A DNA stretch of 64,000 nt, from positions 508,874 through 572,873 of the forward strand of contig QPGO01000029.1 of NCBI GenBank assembly GCA_008632985.1. The letters are read 5' to 3'. Source of the DNA: Psammoneis japonica (taxonomy: Eukaryota). This document shows, piece after piece, positions 49,746-63,125 of the stretch. Every line of letters begins with the position of its first letter. The first letter of the stretch is position 1. The translations under genes were made by a program, and so were the position numbers. The notes beneath the pieces are model-generated. The model was not told the origin of the DNA, did not search any database, and saw only the letters and a program-made list of their open reading frames with translations.

Positions 49746-50827
49746 TTGATGAAAACTTGAGCAAAGACCTCAAGTCTGACGCCCGAGATAAACAAAGTTG
49801 TGCGACTGCAAATACAATCTCGTCCTTTCAACGAGATCTCAACCAAGATAACTCGATCTAGAATCTAGTGACACCGCTGAATATCACGATATGCCTCGCC
49901 CTTTTAGCTGTGACTAGAAGACAACACGCGGAATAAGGCGGGAAACAATGATTAGAGGGCGTTGATAACAAAGAGGAATAGCTTGTATACTTGAAGAAAC
50001 GAGGGAAATTGGCATCATGGCGACACTATTCGATGTTGATGACCGCCAGCGTGGAAACGACAGCCACAATCGAGGAGCGGATCCAAGCCTCTACTCAACG
50101 GACAAAGTGCGTGTGATTCACTACTCCCCACGGGTAGAAACACGCTGCTTGGTCACGCCACGTCCCCGGTACTTTTTCAAGGTTATTTTCCGGCCTGGTT
50201 CAAACCACTATTTCATTATCATTGTTGAGACTTACGCTATGGTTTCGGCAGTGCAATGTAGGCTGGATGGAATAGAAGGTCGTTAGTTGCCGTCGTTATC
50301 GGAGCAACAATGCCATTCACAACCCTCTGGGATTTGAGAGTGTGACGGATGTCGACGGAGTTGAGCGTTGCGTCGTATTTTCTACGTAGTTTCAGTACCA
50401 TCTTTTTTTTCTTTTTGCCAAATAGAGCGAGAACAGACCGTTGAGAGTATACCGTGATTATAGAAGAATGAGCAATGGAATAAACTTATAAATAAATATA
50501 TATATTTAATACCCATTAAAGGATTTAACCGATAGACAAATTTTGATGTTTTATTGCATCACTAGAGACAATATAAAATGTGTCTGAACTAAAAATCTCA
50601 TACTGTATTGAGGCAAGCACGTCGTTTCGCCGACTCCTTCGACTCACCATGAAGTGCGCAAAGCTGGAGAAGCGCGGGAACAGATGATTCGCAAAGATTC
50701 TGTTCGTCTCATGACGATGACTGACTGTGCTGACAGACACATCGCACAATTGCACCAGCTAGCCAGGACAACACCCAACACTGTCATCGTCGAAGTAATA
50801 ACCGCTTCTGTTTTAACATAGTCCACC

Positions 50828-51967
50828 ATGTTGGGAGAAAAGGAACGAGCCCTCTTTGAGGTGACGAAAAAGGGCGATATCGAACAAGTCCAGCGCGAGT
50901 GCAAAAAGGGCGGTAATGTCAATGCCAGCAACGATTGGAATGTCACGCCCGTCTACCTAGCCAGCCAATACGGTCATGTCGAGATTGTCCAATTCTTGTT
51001 GAGACATGGAGCCAAGGTGGACAGTGCCAAAAAGGACGGAACGACACCGCTCTACATTGCGTGTTGGAACGGACACGCGGGCGTCGTGACGGTGCTGTTG
51101 AAGAAAAGGGCAGACGTGACCAAGGAAGAAAATACCCACCAACGAACGCCCCTGTACGCCGCGACTCACCAAGGACACATTGACGTGGTGCGAGTCTTGT
51201 TGGACGGTGAATACAGTGGCAAGAAGCCGGACGTGAATGTTGCCTGTATGTACGGTTGGACACCGTTAAAGATTGCCTCCTTGCACGGCGATAAAGATCT
51301 GGTGGAGCTGCTCTTGGATCACGGTGCCGCAATTGATCAGCCCAGTACACATGGTCGTACCGCCTTGTGGAATGCCAGTGGAGCAGGAAAAGAACCTATT
51401 GTAGAGTTGCTCCTCGACAAGGGCGCTTCTATTGATCAAGGCGACAAGGAGGGACACACACCCCTCTACGCTGCCAGTCAGAACAATCACGCACAAGTCG
51501 TTCGGGTATTGTTGGCAAGAAATGCTCTTGTCAACCAGGCTACAGAAGTAAAGACAACTCCACTTTGGGTGGCTAGTGAACAAGGGCATGACGAGATTGT
51601 CGGGTTGCTTCTCGAGAACGGAGCCGACGACAATGTCACTCGCTCGTTTGACAATGCCACTCCTCTTTGGATCTCCAGTTGCAACGGACACACCGATGTT
51701 GTTCGACTTTTGCTCGAGCATCCCAGCGCTAGTGGCGATAATATGGTCAATGTGCCGTTGCACAAGTGGAGAGGTGGCACGACGCCCTTGTTCATGGCGG
51801 CCCAAAACGGTCATGAAGAGATTGTCAAGCTCTTGCTGCACCATGGTGCTGACCGGAAGCTTGCAGGATCGTACTTTAGAAGCACACCTCTGTCTGTGGC
51901 CAAACGGAACAAGCATGCTGCCATTGTGAGCTTGTTAGAGGAGGCGGAATCGTCCACCACAGACTAA
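50828..51967 (+). CDS. Ankyrin-repeat protein
   Basis: About ten TPLxxA...GH..IV..LL..GA repeats. Confidence 0.95.
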   Translation: MLGEKERALFEVTKKGDIEQVQRECKKGGNVNASNDWNVTPVYLASQYGHVEIVQFLLRHGAKVDSAKKDGTTPLYIACWNGHAGVVTVLLKKRADVTKEENTHQRTPLYAATHQGHIDVVRVLLDGEYSGKKPDVNVACMYGWTPLKIASLHGDKDLVELLLDHGAAIDQPSTHGRTALWNASGAGKEPIVELLLDKGASIDQGDKEGHTPLYAASQNNHAQVVRVLLARNALVNQATEVKTTPLWVASEQGHDEIVGLLLENGADDNVTRSFDNATPLWISSCNGHTDVVRLLLEHPSASGDNMVNVPLHKWRGGTTPLFMAAQNGHEEIVKLLLHHGADRKLAGSYFRSTPLSVAKRNKHAAIVSLLEEAESSTTD

Positions 51968-52493
51968 ACAATGTTCTCAGCAGTTTGAAACAAAAAGCTA
52001 GTTTCATTGTGACAGCTTTAGCGGGTCAAGCCGGAGTCACTAGATTTAAAATTAGGCCATAAATGATTTTCGAATCACATCATCACTGAATATTCGGCTC
52101 TGTTACACTCTACCGTAGAGCAGTATCTGAGGTAGACTAACGCGAAATCTCGCGATCTAGCTAGAGAAAGGTCGAGATATTCGTGCACTCGTGTGGTAGC
52201 AACAGTCTGCTCTATCTCTCTACTCTACTAGATAGAGCGAACAGTATGTAGATAGGCTATTACTGTTTTTCGAGTTTTCTTCGTCGACAAGTCCGTCTCG
52301 TCTCTGCCTCCTCTACCGAAGAGCACACGCTACTTTTCACGAAAAATCGAAATCGCTGTCGGCGACATTGAACATCTTCACAATGATCTTTTGATAGAAG
52401 GAGGAAGTTACAGTACATTGTTGCTTTCGTCCAAGCAATTACGATACGGAACACATCATCGACTGTGTTATAATGTAATTGAAAGAGTGAAAA

Positions 52494-55400
52494 ATGACGC
52501 CAACTTCTAGAAAGCGGCGAAGACTCAATACTGCGAATGCCGAGCTTGCGGAGGAGTCAAGCACGGATGTTTCTACTCTACGCACAATTGGAAAGGTGAC
52601 TGGGTGCAGAGAAGTTTGCCTTCTCTTTGATTTTTTATCTCGATTTTGTCCGTCGCTGCCGTGGAAGGTAGATGCATGTCCTCCTGAAGACCTCAATCGG
52701 CTTGAACAGTCCGTGGTATGCCCTTCCGAATCTATGCCACAAATCACTTCTCTTTCAGCTGTTGAGCGTCGGGAGCCACTTTCTGACATTGTGGATGATG
52801 TGATCTGTTCCTTATTAAGAAAACAAGCTGATAACAAGCGAAAACGTGGAGCCGAGCATGACTGGTCTCAACATCGGAACCTATTATGCCATGGATACGT
52901 GCTGGCTAGCGATCACTTGCAACAACAGAATGTGGTCCGTCCCTGCCCCAATATGCGACCAGGCACTCCAGTTCTTTGCACACAAATCAATTCCACTGTA
53001 TCATTTTGCAAGTCATCAAGCTTTTGTCAGAACTTACACCGTATTGTCGGCGACGAGATGGTTCGGATCCTATTGCTGCACACGACGATGCTTGCTCCGG
53101 CAGGAACCGATCCAAACAATTCTCGCGGTAACTATGTTGCAATTTGCGGATCTACTGCACTGCTACACAGCGATAGAAATGGCTCGAAACCCTTCATATC
53201 AGAAGCAGGGAGCTCCTCGTTGCTCGAAGGTCACTGGAAGCAAAATAGCCGCAACAAATGTAGGAGGACGAAAGCCAAGAGAAAAAGAAAGCGAAAGAGC
53301 CACATCGCAGAGTCGACCGATGCTGACACGCCAAGTACGGACAAGCAAATCACGCTGGATCCCAATGGGGCAGTTCCGCGTCATTCCCTCTTCCACTCCG
53401 ATTTCTTTGTACCAAAGGCAGGGTTGCCCTCCAATCACGTACTGAACGAGGCAGGTGACTGCAAGGCGCTTCTAAATTCAATGTTCTCTTTCTCCACAGG
53501 GAGGAAGAAGAAACGCAAAACGTGGGCGAGACTACGCGTCGAAGGCTTAACTCTATGCGATGAAATTTTGAAAAGGCACGGCAAATGTGACTACCCAAGG
53601 TTGCTTCAGCGGTTCTGTCCTCTACCTGCGTGCATTTCAGACAGACAGCAGAAATCAGATGAAGCAATGGAGGCTCCTTCATTGGACCAAGTTTCATCCA
53701 TGCATACGCAGATAGATTCCGTTCACTCGTTTGTAGGTGCAGTGCTTCGAAGAGTATTCCCTCCCAAATTCGTTGGGTCTGACCACAACTTTCAGCAAAT
53801 TATGCGGATTGCAAAGGTTTTCCTCGGAGCTAAAATGAATGAGAAGTTTCCGCAAAAGGCCCTCACGCTAGGAATTCGCGTCAAGGATGTAAAGTGGCTC
53901 TATGACTGCTCTGAAACCTCCGAGACCATCGTACTCCGTGACAAGGAGAAACGAAGACGTCTTTCTAGAACAAACCACATGGCTTTGACGAACCTTGTGT
54001 CGAAAATGATTCGCTGGGTGTTTTGCCAGTACCTCGTACCTCTCCTCCGTTCTACCTTTTACGTAACCGAGGGGGAGTTCTGTGGTGGCTGCGTGTTGTA
54101 CTACCGTAAGCCGGTATGGTCCATGTTTCGTTCAATGTCAATGAAAACATTACTGCTCAAGCAATACGTTGAAATTGGTCGTGAAGAGGCCCTGGCGCGC
54201 ATCAAGAAGCAGCGAATGGGATGCTGCCGACTTCGCCTAAAACCAAAAAAGAGCGGCGTCCGGCCTCTTGCTCTCTTGTCTACGCGGGAGTTCATAGATG
54301 GTGAAGAGAAAAGCATTGGGAATGAAAGCAGAAAGCATTTAGAGAGGAAGAGACTATCTACAAACAGAATCTTAGGTGAGACGTTTGAGGTTCTTCGTTA
54401 CGAACAGCGATGCAACCCTCAAGCCTCTGGGGCTGGTGTTTTCGGTTTGAACGAAGTATACCCTTTGCTGCGGAGTTTCTTACATCAAGTCCGGTCGCGT
54501 TCATCATCTCAAAACACTCGACTCTACTTTACGACTGTCGATATCCATCGTTGTTACGATAACATCAACCAAAACCGCCTTCTTGATATTGTTCAGCGAC
54601 TCCTCAATGAAGACGACTATCTCATTCAGAAGTATGCAGTCGTCCGATCTTCCGATGATCAGGGGAATGGTCGATTGCGTGTGGCTAAGAGAGTAGGGCC
54701 GCCCGACCTCTTTCGAGACTCGCATCTGATAGCCGAGGATGCGTATCACAAGCATCAAAAGTCTATTTTTATTGGCGACTTGAGTTGCAGTAGCATAAGA
54801 GCGGAAAACGTTGTCGAAATGCTGAGAGAACATCTACTGCGTAACATGGTGGTTACCAGTGGTCGATATGGAGAGCGTTATCTCCTTCAACACAATGGTA
54901 TCCCCCAGGGAAGCATTCTCTCTGGTATGCTGTGCAATGTGTACTACGGGAAGGTTGAGGAGACGCTTCTGAAAGGCTTGTTTTCCTCTCCGGTAAATAG
55001 AGCAAGAGACTTTGATCATCCGACTGATCAGAACGTGCATATGCTTGTCCGTGTTGTTGATGATTTTCTTCTAGTCAGTACGAGTCACGAAACATCGGTC
55101 CGCTTCCTCAACACAATGAGCGCGGGAAGTCCCTCTCTTGGTGTCAAGATCAACGGAATCAAGACTCGCGTGAATTACAAAGTGAGAAACGAGGCAGCTG
55201 GTAAGACCTTGGAACCAACAAATATTCAGAATGCTGGCTCACTCTTTCCCTGGTGCGGCATGCTCTTTGACACTGATACTGGCGAAGTTAGGATTGACTA
55301 TGTTAGGTATGCTGAAGCGCATCCTGGAGGTGGTCTCACTATTGATCGTGATGATAGAATGGGACAGAAACTTAAATGGCGGATGAAGGGCTTTGTACGA

Positions 55401-55844
55401 CCGCGCAACCAGCCAATCCTTTTTGACCCTGATATCAACAGTGCGGAAGTCATCGTAACCAACTTTTACCAAGCCCTATTGCTGTGTGCCATGAAGACAG
55501 CTGACTATCTCGACACTAATGGAGTCATGTTGAATGTCCCTTTTGTTCTTCGGTGCATTGATGACATAACAAAGTACTACCAAAGCTCAATCGAGAAAAG
55601 ACTACTCCAGGAGGGAAGCTCTAACACGCACTTTGGCATCTGCACTGCGACGTCTTTGTGGCTAGGGCGAGATGCTTTTCTTTCCATCTTTGAACGACGT
55701 GGCGTGGGATTCAAGGTCATCGCTAATGAGCTGCGCTCAGTTATGTCCAGTGAACAGAGAAGTTTGAATCGTAGATGGGGGCATACAAAGAAGGTTGCAC
55801 TTCATCAGTTTGGTCTGTTACCGCAGCCAAAGAGTCTCGGCTGA
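52494..55844 (+). CDS. TERT: Telomerase reverse transcriptase
   Basis: 1116-aa ORF with T motif FYVTE...YYRKPVW, motifs 1/2 RLKPKKSGVRPL, A DIHRCYDNI, B' GIPQGSILSGMLCNVYY, C LVRVVDDFLLVS and E FPWCG. Confidence 0.96.
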   Translation: MTPTSRKRRRLNTANAELAEESSTDVSTLRTIGKVTGCREVCLLFDFLSRFCPSLPWKVDACPPEDLNRLEQSVVCPSESMPQITSLSAVERREPLSDIVDDVICSLLRKQADNKRKRGAEHDWSQHRNLLCHGYVLASDHLQQQNVVRPCPNMRPGTPVLCTQINSTVSFCKSSSFCQNLHRIVGDEMVRILLLHTTMLAPAGTDPNNSRGNYVAICGSTALLHSDRNGSKPFISEAGSSSLLEGHWKQNSRNKCRRTKAKRKRKRKSHIAESTDADTPSTDKQITLDPNGAVPRHSLFHSDFFVPKAGLPSNHVLNEAGDCKALLNSMFSFSTGRKKKRKTWARLRVEGLTLCDEILKRHGKCDYPRLLQRFCPLPACISDRQQKSDEAMEAPSLDQVSSMHTQIDSVHSFVGAVLRRVFPPKFVGSDHNFQQIMRIAKVFLGAKMNEKFPQKALTLGIRVKDVKWLYDCSETSETIVLRDKEKRRRLSRTNHMALTNLVSKMIRWVFCQYLVPLLRSTFYVTEGEFCGGCVLYYRKPVWSMFRSMSMKTLLLKQYVEIGREEALARIKKQRMGCCRLRLKPKKSGVRPLALLSTREFIDGEEKSIGNESRKHLERKRLSTNRILGETFEVLRYEQRCNPQASGAGVFGLNEVYPLLRSFLHQVRSRSSSQNTRLYFTTVDIHRCYDNINQNRLLDIVQRLLNEDDYLIQKYAVVRSSDDQGNGRLRVAKRVGPPDLFRDSHLIAEDAYHKHQKSIFIGDLSCSSIRAENVVEMLREHLLRNMVVTSGRYGERYLLQHNGIPQGSILSGMLCNVYYGKVEETLLKGLFSSPVNRARDFDHPTDQNVHMLVRVVDDFLLVSTSHETSVRFLNTMSAGSPSLGVKINGIKTRVNYKVRNEAAGKTLEPTNIQNAGSLFPWCGMLFDTDTGEVRIDYVRYAEAHPGGGLTIDRDDRMGQKLKWRMKGFVRPRNQPILFDPDINSAEVIVTNFYQALLLCAMKTADYLDTNGVMLNVPFVLRCIDDITKYYQSSIEKRLLQEGSSNTHFGICTATSLWLGRDAFLSIFERRGVGFKVIANELRSVMSSEQRSLNRRWGHTKKVALHQFGLLPQPKSLG

Positions 55845-56622
55845 TGTTTTCCTTGTAAGTTTTGATATTTGCAGTACCCGATTCCTGTTTCATCCTTGAC
55901 TAAAGGTGACTACAGTATCTTGTTCGATCTCAAGCTCGAGCGTCGCCCCAGCAGTTGAGCTGTTTTTCTACTCTTCGATCCACAACAGTCTGACAGCACT
56001 TGCTGCTTTCTCTGGAAACGGAGATAACGGAGATTCACAGTAATGAATACGTCCATGGTTAGATCGGGTTATGGTAGATCACATTTCAGCTGGGCAGAAC
56101 AAGCTGGTCGTTCTAACAAGATACCGTGTAGTCTACTCTACTAAGTAGTCGTACTGTACTCTAGAGAGAGAGTAGCCAGAGAGTAGAGAGGCTCCTTAGA
56201 GTTATCAAAGACGAGCGGTGATGGCAGAGCAGTCGCGATGACACCCTATAATGCGTAACAACGTTCGTTTACATGTTCTCTCTCTACTCTCTCTACTCTA
56301 TTAGCTCTAGAGAGCGAGAGAGTACCGGTAGAGAGCATGTAGACTACATCGCAGCTAAACCTTACTGCTGTCGACGCACATACGCACGAACGAGAAAGAT
56401 GTGGCGGGAAATATTATGAACGGACCACGACACAACATGACACATCATGCAAGTGACACAACAGGCGGAGGCAATCGAGTTGCAGGTTGCAGCACAAGCC
56501 AAAAATAGAACTTGAAAGTCGTCTAGAGAGACAGAGTTATCGAGAAGAGAGAAAGAATTGATATACTGAGACGCCTGCGGTGCGGAAGAATAAGAAGTGA
56601 GGTGGAAATTCTAGGAAACAGC

Positions 56623-59600
56623 ATGGATGAATCATCATCGAGGTTGCCATTCTGGGCATCAAGTCTAACAACCTACGCGAGCGTTGACGGTGGCAACGGG
56701 GGAGAGAGATATTTCCAGTATGAGTGCTTTATTGCGGGTGTCTCAATCTTTTTCTGCAGAATGACAGTGGCATCGAACAAAAACGAACCGCTGCTGCTCC
56801 GTCTGTTCTTTGCCATGGCGCTCGCCCTCTTGGCATACGCAAAGGAATCGTATGAAATCGTGTGTTCTGTACAGTTGTTCTCGTACCTCGTCCCTCTCCT
56901 ATTGACGTGCCAATACAAGAAGATCGCACCTGTCGCCGTGCAAGAATTTCCAGAGAAAGCCGTACGATTGGTTCTTATTGTCATGGGCGCCGCACTCGCG
57001 CCTCTTCTTTGCCACTATGCTTCTGCCTGTTTTGGCGTGTTAGCTCGATTGTCTCCTCGCTTCATTGACGACGCCATGCATTCATTACTTCCGATTGACG
57101 AATTTCGACAGGCCTACAAAAGCGTTGGTGCTTTCGTGGACTCAAAAGTTTTAGAGAAACATCTTTCTCATTTGCTCTTCGTAACGTTCAATTGCCAGGT
57201 AAGACAACCATCTGCCGCCTTTCCTCTGACCTGTTGAGCGAAAATGGTCTCAATCTCGGGCTTGCGTTATTTCCGTCCATGAACAATCTCTTGATTGTGT
57301 TCTTGTCCTACTTGCAAACGTCCGTGGCGTGGCCGGTTTGACGACGCGAATTCGTATTGATCACAGGTCGCTATGGGTTACCTTGGCATTAACTTTTTAA
57401 CTCGAGAGCAAAACAGAAGAAATGAATTGATACGAATGGAACTCGTCGGCAAAACAGCACCAGGTACAAATGGAACTACAAACAATGATTCGAAAGACAA
57501 TGTCAACCTCAAGAGGATGGAGGCATCAAAAAAGTTTCGTCGAAGCGCGGCGCCGTTCATTTTCACTGTAGCAGTTCCTTACATGACGCAGATCATTGCA
57601 ATTGGAAACATGAACATGTTTGCGTTTGCTTGCGTCAAAGATGACATACACCGTGAGCTACGAGTAAACCAGCTCTTTGAAAACGATTCTCATTTGACGG
57701 CAATGTCTCAGGATTCTGCGGCGTCTCCGGCATGTAAGTTTGCTCCAACAGCACGTCTTCGTTCTTCCTCTTTATTTGTTTCGTTGCCGAATCTTTTGCT
57801 AAAGCCTGGTTTCTGATCTCTCTTTCGGTGATACTTTCTAGCATATGCATCTTCAATGGACACGATTGTATCTACGACGTACGACATTTTCAATCGGAAG
57901 CTCTTTAGCCTTCCGAAATTAGTTCTCTTACCCGGAATCATTATGAAACAGCCCGCCCTCCTTGCGAAGATCTTTCCATTTATTTTCGCCAGTGACTTCA
58001 TCAAGGGGCGAGTTGTGGCTTTCATGACGTCGACAATTGAACAGCTAGAGAAAGATGCGAAAGATGTAAGTTCCTCGGATCGACGCCAATGGCAATATTT
58101 CTGCAATCCCAGAGAAACTTACTTTGTCCCTGTGTTCCGCACTACTATAGATTGATTCGGTGCGTGTCAAAGTCGAACAATACGACATGAAGAATGCAGA
58201 GTTGATACGGCGTAGCGGTCAGGGTGCAACGCAGTTTACTCAACGTCGATGGGAAGAACTAACTGCAAAATTCAGCAGAAGCAGATAATGGCAGATTTGG
58301 TAAAGCGAACAAAGGGTTTCTTCCAATGGCTACAGCGAAACTTTATCTTTTCCGTCTTGATCGATTGCGCACTCGCGAACCTCATTGCTGTGGGGAAAAT
58401 CGTTGCTGCTGAGATCTTTGTGTTTTCCAGGGCGATTGAGGATGCAGTGGATCTAGTCTTGATGAAGAGTAGGGCTGAATCGGAATTGGCCAGAATGTTG
58501 ACAGAGATTGATAGGTTGTACCAGCTTACGAATGTGTGGGAGAAGAGCAAAGAACGATCGTTGCTATCTTGTCATATTGCACCTCCAGAAGACGCGTCGC
58601 TTGGGATCTCAATACGAAATCTCCAATATTCGCGTGGGACTGCAATGGTAACTACTCGTAACCGCGACATCTCTACTGTGTTCCATTAAGCCACACCTCA
58701 CACTTTGTGTTTGGGCCACTCTTTGTGATGAAGGTGCGGGTCGACCATATTGATCTCCCTGCTGGTGTTTATGCGTTAACAGGAGGCAACGGCAGCGGAA
58801 AAAGTACCCTGTTCCGTTTACTCATGAGCTGCGATACCAACATCAAGAGCATAGATTTACCAGACAGCATCATGTTGTTGACGCCCGAGCCACACATTGA
58901 CCCAATGGAGGACTCATGCAGTGCAGCGGATGAAGAATCATGTGAATCGCCAGACGAGGATTCTACTGCTGAAACCGCAATGAGCGAAGACATACCGCAA
59001 GTGTCCATCACAATGCCGTCATCTGATGTTGCAGAGATAAGTCAATCGTTTTATTGGCCGCTATACACAAAACCTGGGGATTGGATTTACCAAAGCAATC
59101 TCTTGGAATTGGACTGTGATAAGCGTGATGCGATGATTCGTCGTGCCGCCGAAGAGTTGCATTCCTTGGCTTTTACACAGGCAATCGAGACCGACAATGC
59201 AACCATGCCAGAAGAAGGCGCAGGTAACGAGCTTCCATTGCTGAACCGTACTTTGAATAGAATAGTGGACGAACTAAAAGAGGAGAAAGAAGATTGGCTC
59301 GGCGAGTTGTCGGGTGGTCAACAAAGCAAGGTAGAGCTCGTACGAAAGGTAAGCAGTGTGATTCGCTCGCTCAAATTGTGCTGTGGTAGTTTGTTGTTCC
59401 TCATCTCATGACCTTCCTTGGTATGGACCAGGTGTTTCTCCACGACGAATGCCCAAAAGTACTGTTAATTGACGAGACAATGGCGCCCCTCGACCCAACG
59501 AGTAAGAGCCTTGTGATGGGCAAGCTGAAATCCTTTTGCAGCGAAAGTGTAGTGATTGTCATTTATCACACTGACGTGCGTGATGGACATGTGGAGGAGT

Positions 59601-59677
59601 GTGTGCCCAGCAACAATTTCTTTGACTACAACATCCATGTGGAGCATCACGTGCTAATGAGGCGTCCTGTATGTTAA
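56623..59677 (+). CDS. ABC transporter-like protein (membrane region plus one ATPase domain), multi-exon
   Basis: Walker A GGNGSGKST, signature LSGGQQ, Walker B VLLIDE, H-loop VIYH. Hydrophobic upstream exons with GT-AG introns. Start uncertain. Confidence 0.82.
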
Positions 59678-59879
59678 CCCCTCTGAGCTAGTTTCATAAT
59701 CCCGTTAGCTTCGGGCCTGTACAAAAAATCCGTTTAGCCATGTCTTTGTTGTCGAAGAGCACTACGACTCTATTCCCTCTATATATTGTTGCTAGCTAGG
59801 TATGTTACTCGTACCGGTGTCAGCGGTGCCTCTGGCAGAGGGAGAGCAAAATGTGAGTGTACAAGTACAAAACTGAATA

Positions 59880-60045
59880 TAGACTACGAGCTATGAGAAG
59901 TTACTCTAGCTAGCTAGTAGAGTTACTCTCTCTCTAGCTAGAGCTAGCTCTCTCTCTCTCTCTCTCTACTTAGCTAGCTAGCTAGGCTCTACTCTCTAGC
60001 TAGACTAGCTACAGTAGCTACAGTAGAGTAGAGCTAGCTAGCAAA
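59880..60045. repeat. CTAG/CTCT/AGAG low-complexity repeat
   Basis: Runs of TAGC, CTAG and (CT)n. Similar tracts near 34550-34585, 52150-52260 and 56130-56340. Confidence 0.8.
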
Positions 60046-61264
60046 ATGTTCGTCATTCAGTCATCAGTTCGGCCGTTGAGATATCTTCAACTTCCTCATG
60101 CCTTTAGTACTGAAAAACGTGGAATCCTACATAACATGAGCGATTATTGTATTCAAGTCTTGTTGCGTTGAGTAATTGCAACTTGAACGCACTTGGCCGT
60201 AGACTATACGTGACACCTCCTACTCAGCGATCAACGGTTGTTCAGCATGATATGTAATCCTTCATTACCTAAGTTTGAACATAGAAAATTGTTATCGATA
60301 CAAGGGAGCTGATCATTTGAATAAATAATGTAGCACCGCCAGCATTCCTTTTTGTTCGTGAAGATCGTGTATGATTTTATAATCCATTTATTAGGCTTTT
60401 AGGATATTCATATATTCGATATTAGCTAATCTGTTTATTTCACACTTATTCAAGTACTTAAGGTGTATAAAGTATTTCTGTAGAATCCTACCCAAAAAGA
60501 TGCGAACTCCAATAAAGATTCTCGCCTATGTGTTTTTTGCGACATGCATGGCCGGCGCGCTTATAATGCATGCCAGCGACCGTTAGGTCATGCCAACTCT
60601 ATTCGGGATAGAGGTGAACATTGCAACAAATTCTTTTTCATTTCTTCGTGTCAAAGTGTTCAGTTCGACGAAGATAAAACTCTCCATAACCACACTCGCC
60701 GTCATTATCATACAGATTGTATGTTTATTGACTTGCATCACTTTTCTCTCGTGAATCATTCAAATTGATATTGCCACCAAGACGAGCACCAAAGAGGATC
60801 TGGAACAAACGCTCTAGATTCATTCAACGGTAAGTTACATGTCACGTGGCGGCTGCAGAATGACTCGTACGTTGTGTGACTGCTACTCTAGTGGATGCAG
60901 TTGGCTGGCATTCGTTTCAGAGACGACGATGATCGTGAGCCGCGCCAAAATATTTGAACTTGATGTTTGGACGACAGTCGCCTCAAATGCCAGGGGCGTG
61001 GGTCTGATACCTCTCATTCATCAGCGGTGTTCTCTGCTGTCACTCTGCGATGTACCGAGTCGTACGGAGCAGCCACGTTCGTCTCGGTGGCAATGATACT
61101 TCAGAACTTTATGTCGATCGCAACGATTCAAACACCGATTCCCGCCCTCTCGTCACCGTACAGTACAACAACACTCACCCACATATGCTCTCTCTGCCTG
61201 TTCTCGCCTCCTTTACAGACTACAAACAACGCATACGGTACAACGTACGTAAGAACCTACCATC

Positions 61265-62648
61265 ATGACTACCAGAAGAACTCGCAAAGACAAGAAGAAG
61301 GAGGAAGACGAGGAGGAGGAACCCAAAGAGGAAGAAGTAGCCGAGGAGAAAGAAGAAGAGGAGGAGGAAGCTGAAGCCGAAGAGGAGAAGGAAGCTGAAG
61401 CCGAAGAGGAGAAAGAAGCAGAGGAAAAAGAAGAGGAGGAGAAGGAAAAGAGCGAGGAGCCCGAACCTGAGAAGGCAGCGCCCGCTGCGGAGCCAGAACC
61501 GCAGCCACCCGTCGATCCCAAGATCGCCGAGGAGCAGGAGATTATCAAGAACAACAAGCCCGAGTCAGAGCTTGAGATGGCTCTTGCCTCTACTCTTGAA
61601 AGGAAGGAAGCTCACATTGAGAGGCTTACGGGTGAGGTTCAGAAGCTCAAGGCTTTCATCAGCAAGAGGAAGCAGACCTACAAACGTAAGCGCAAGGACG
61701 AGGGGGCTCCGACTCGCGCTCTCTCTGCGTACAATATCTTTGTGCAGGATCGCTTCTCCCAGCTCGCCAAGGAGAATGAGCAGGCTCTTCGCAGTGCCGA
61801 CACGGATGCTCAGCTAAAGCGCGTCCCTCCGGCGTCGCTCGTTGCCTCTACGGGAAACCAGTGGAAGGAACTCTCCCCCGAGGAGAAGGCCCACTACGAA
61901 GAACGGTATGTCACGCTATCGCATCGGTTCTCGTTCACAACAACCTTGCAACTTGTTCTCACTCTTTTACTTTTCTCTCTATATTGTAGGGCCCGGGAAG
62001 ATCGCAAGCGTTACGAGGAGCAGATGGCCAAATACCAGCCCCCGGATAAGCAGGCCAACCGCAAGCGTAACAAGACGGGGTACAACATGTTCTTCTCCGC
62101 GCATGTCCTCAGGCTTAAGCAGACCGAGGCCGGCGTGCCCTCTGAGAGAGGTTCTGTTGCTCGTCTGGTCGGAAACGCTTGGAAGGTATGTTCTCGACTC
62201 TCGCTTTCAGTACCGTACTCTCTTGTTGATGTCCATTCTAACATCACTTTGTTTTGCTATTCTTGTCATACAGCAACTCTCCGCCGAGGAGAAGCAGTAC
62301 TACGAGCGGGAGGCCGACAAGCAGAACGGCATGAACCCTGTCGACAAGGACGACGATGAAGAGGACGACAACGACAAGAGGCCCATGGGCGAGTATGGTC
62401 ATATGCCTCCTCATGGCGAGTACGGACACATGCCTCCCCCGCCAATGGCCGGCATGCATCCACAGCACGACCCCCGTCAGCATCCCGCCTACGCTTACCC
62501 AACACACCACATGCCTTATGGACAGCCTCCCTACCAGGGTCAGGGAGAGTATGCTGGTCAGCCCCGCCACTACCAAGGACGTGGATACCAGAACTACCCT
62601 CCTGCGGGACAGTCTCATCCGTATGACCAGAGGGGAATGGGCATGTAA
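61265..62648 (+). CDS. HMG-box protein with two HMG boxes and an acidic N-terminus (introns ~61906-61989 and ~62186-62273)
   Basis: APTRALSAYNIFVQ...GNQWKELSPEEKAHYEE and KRNKTGYNMFFS...VGNAWK|QLSAEEKQYYERE. Confidence 0.92.
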
Positions 62649-63125
62649 ACTGCTGGTGTTTGTGCCGTTCTCTCTCAAGGTTGAGATTTATTTGTACTTT
62701 GCATATGACGATTGTGATGAATGTGAAATCATTGAGCTTGATTCCTTCTGTTCCGTATGAATGGCATCAATCTCGAATGATTGTAGTGTGACTCTTTGAA
62801 GCGCGTCTCGTTGGACTCTTTATATTGGGATTACTAGATAGGAGGGCAACACGTTGCATTGAGTTCAGTAATAACTTACTATTTGTTCGAATTGTAGTCG
62901 CTCAGTTCCGTGGTAGATCGGCGGATGGATGGACGGGCCGCCGCTGGCTAGAAGATCAAACACCGCGCGTACCACATACCGGTACAGGGATATCAGCGCA
63001 CTGATAGCTGTCTCTTTCTTGTCGACGTCGGCTACCGGTACTTCAGAGGACGAGCGACACCCATTCTTTTGTTGCATTCAAGAGCCAGCAAGTTATTGCA
63101 TCGAAGCATGTCCTAATTTGTGCCG

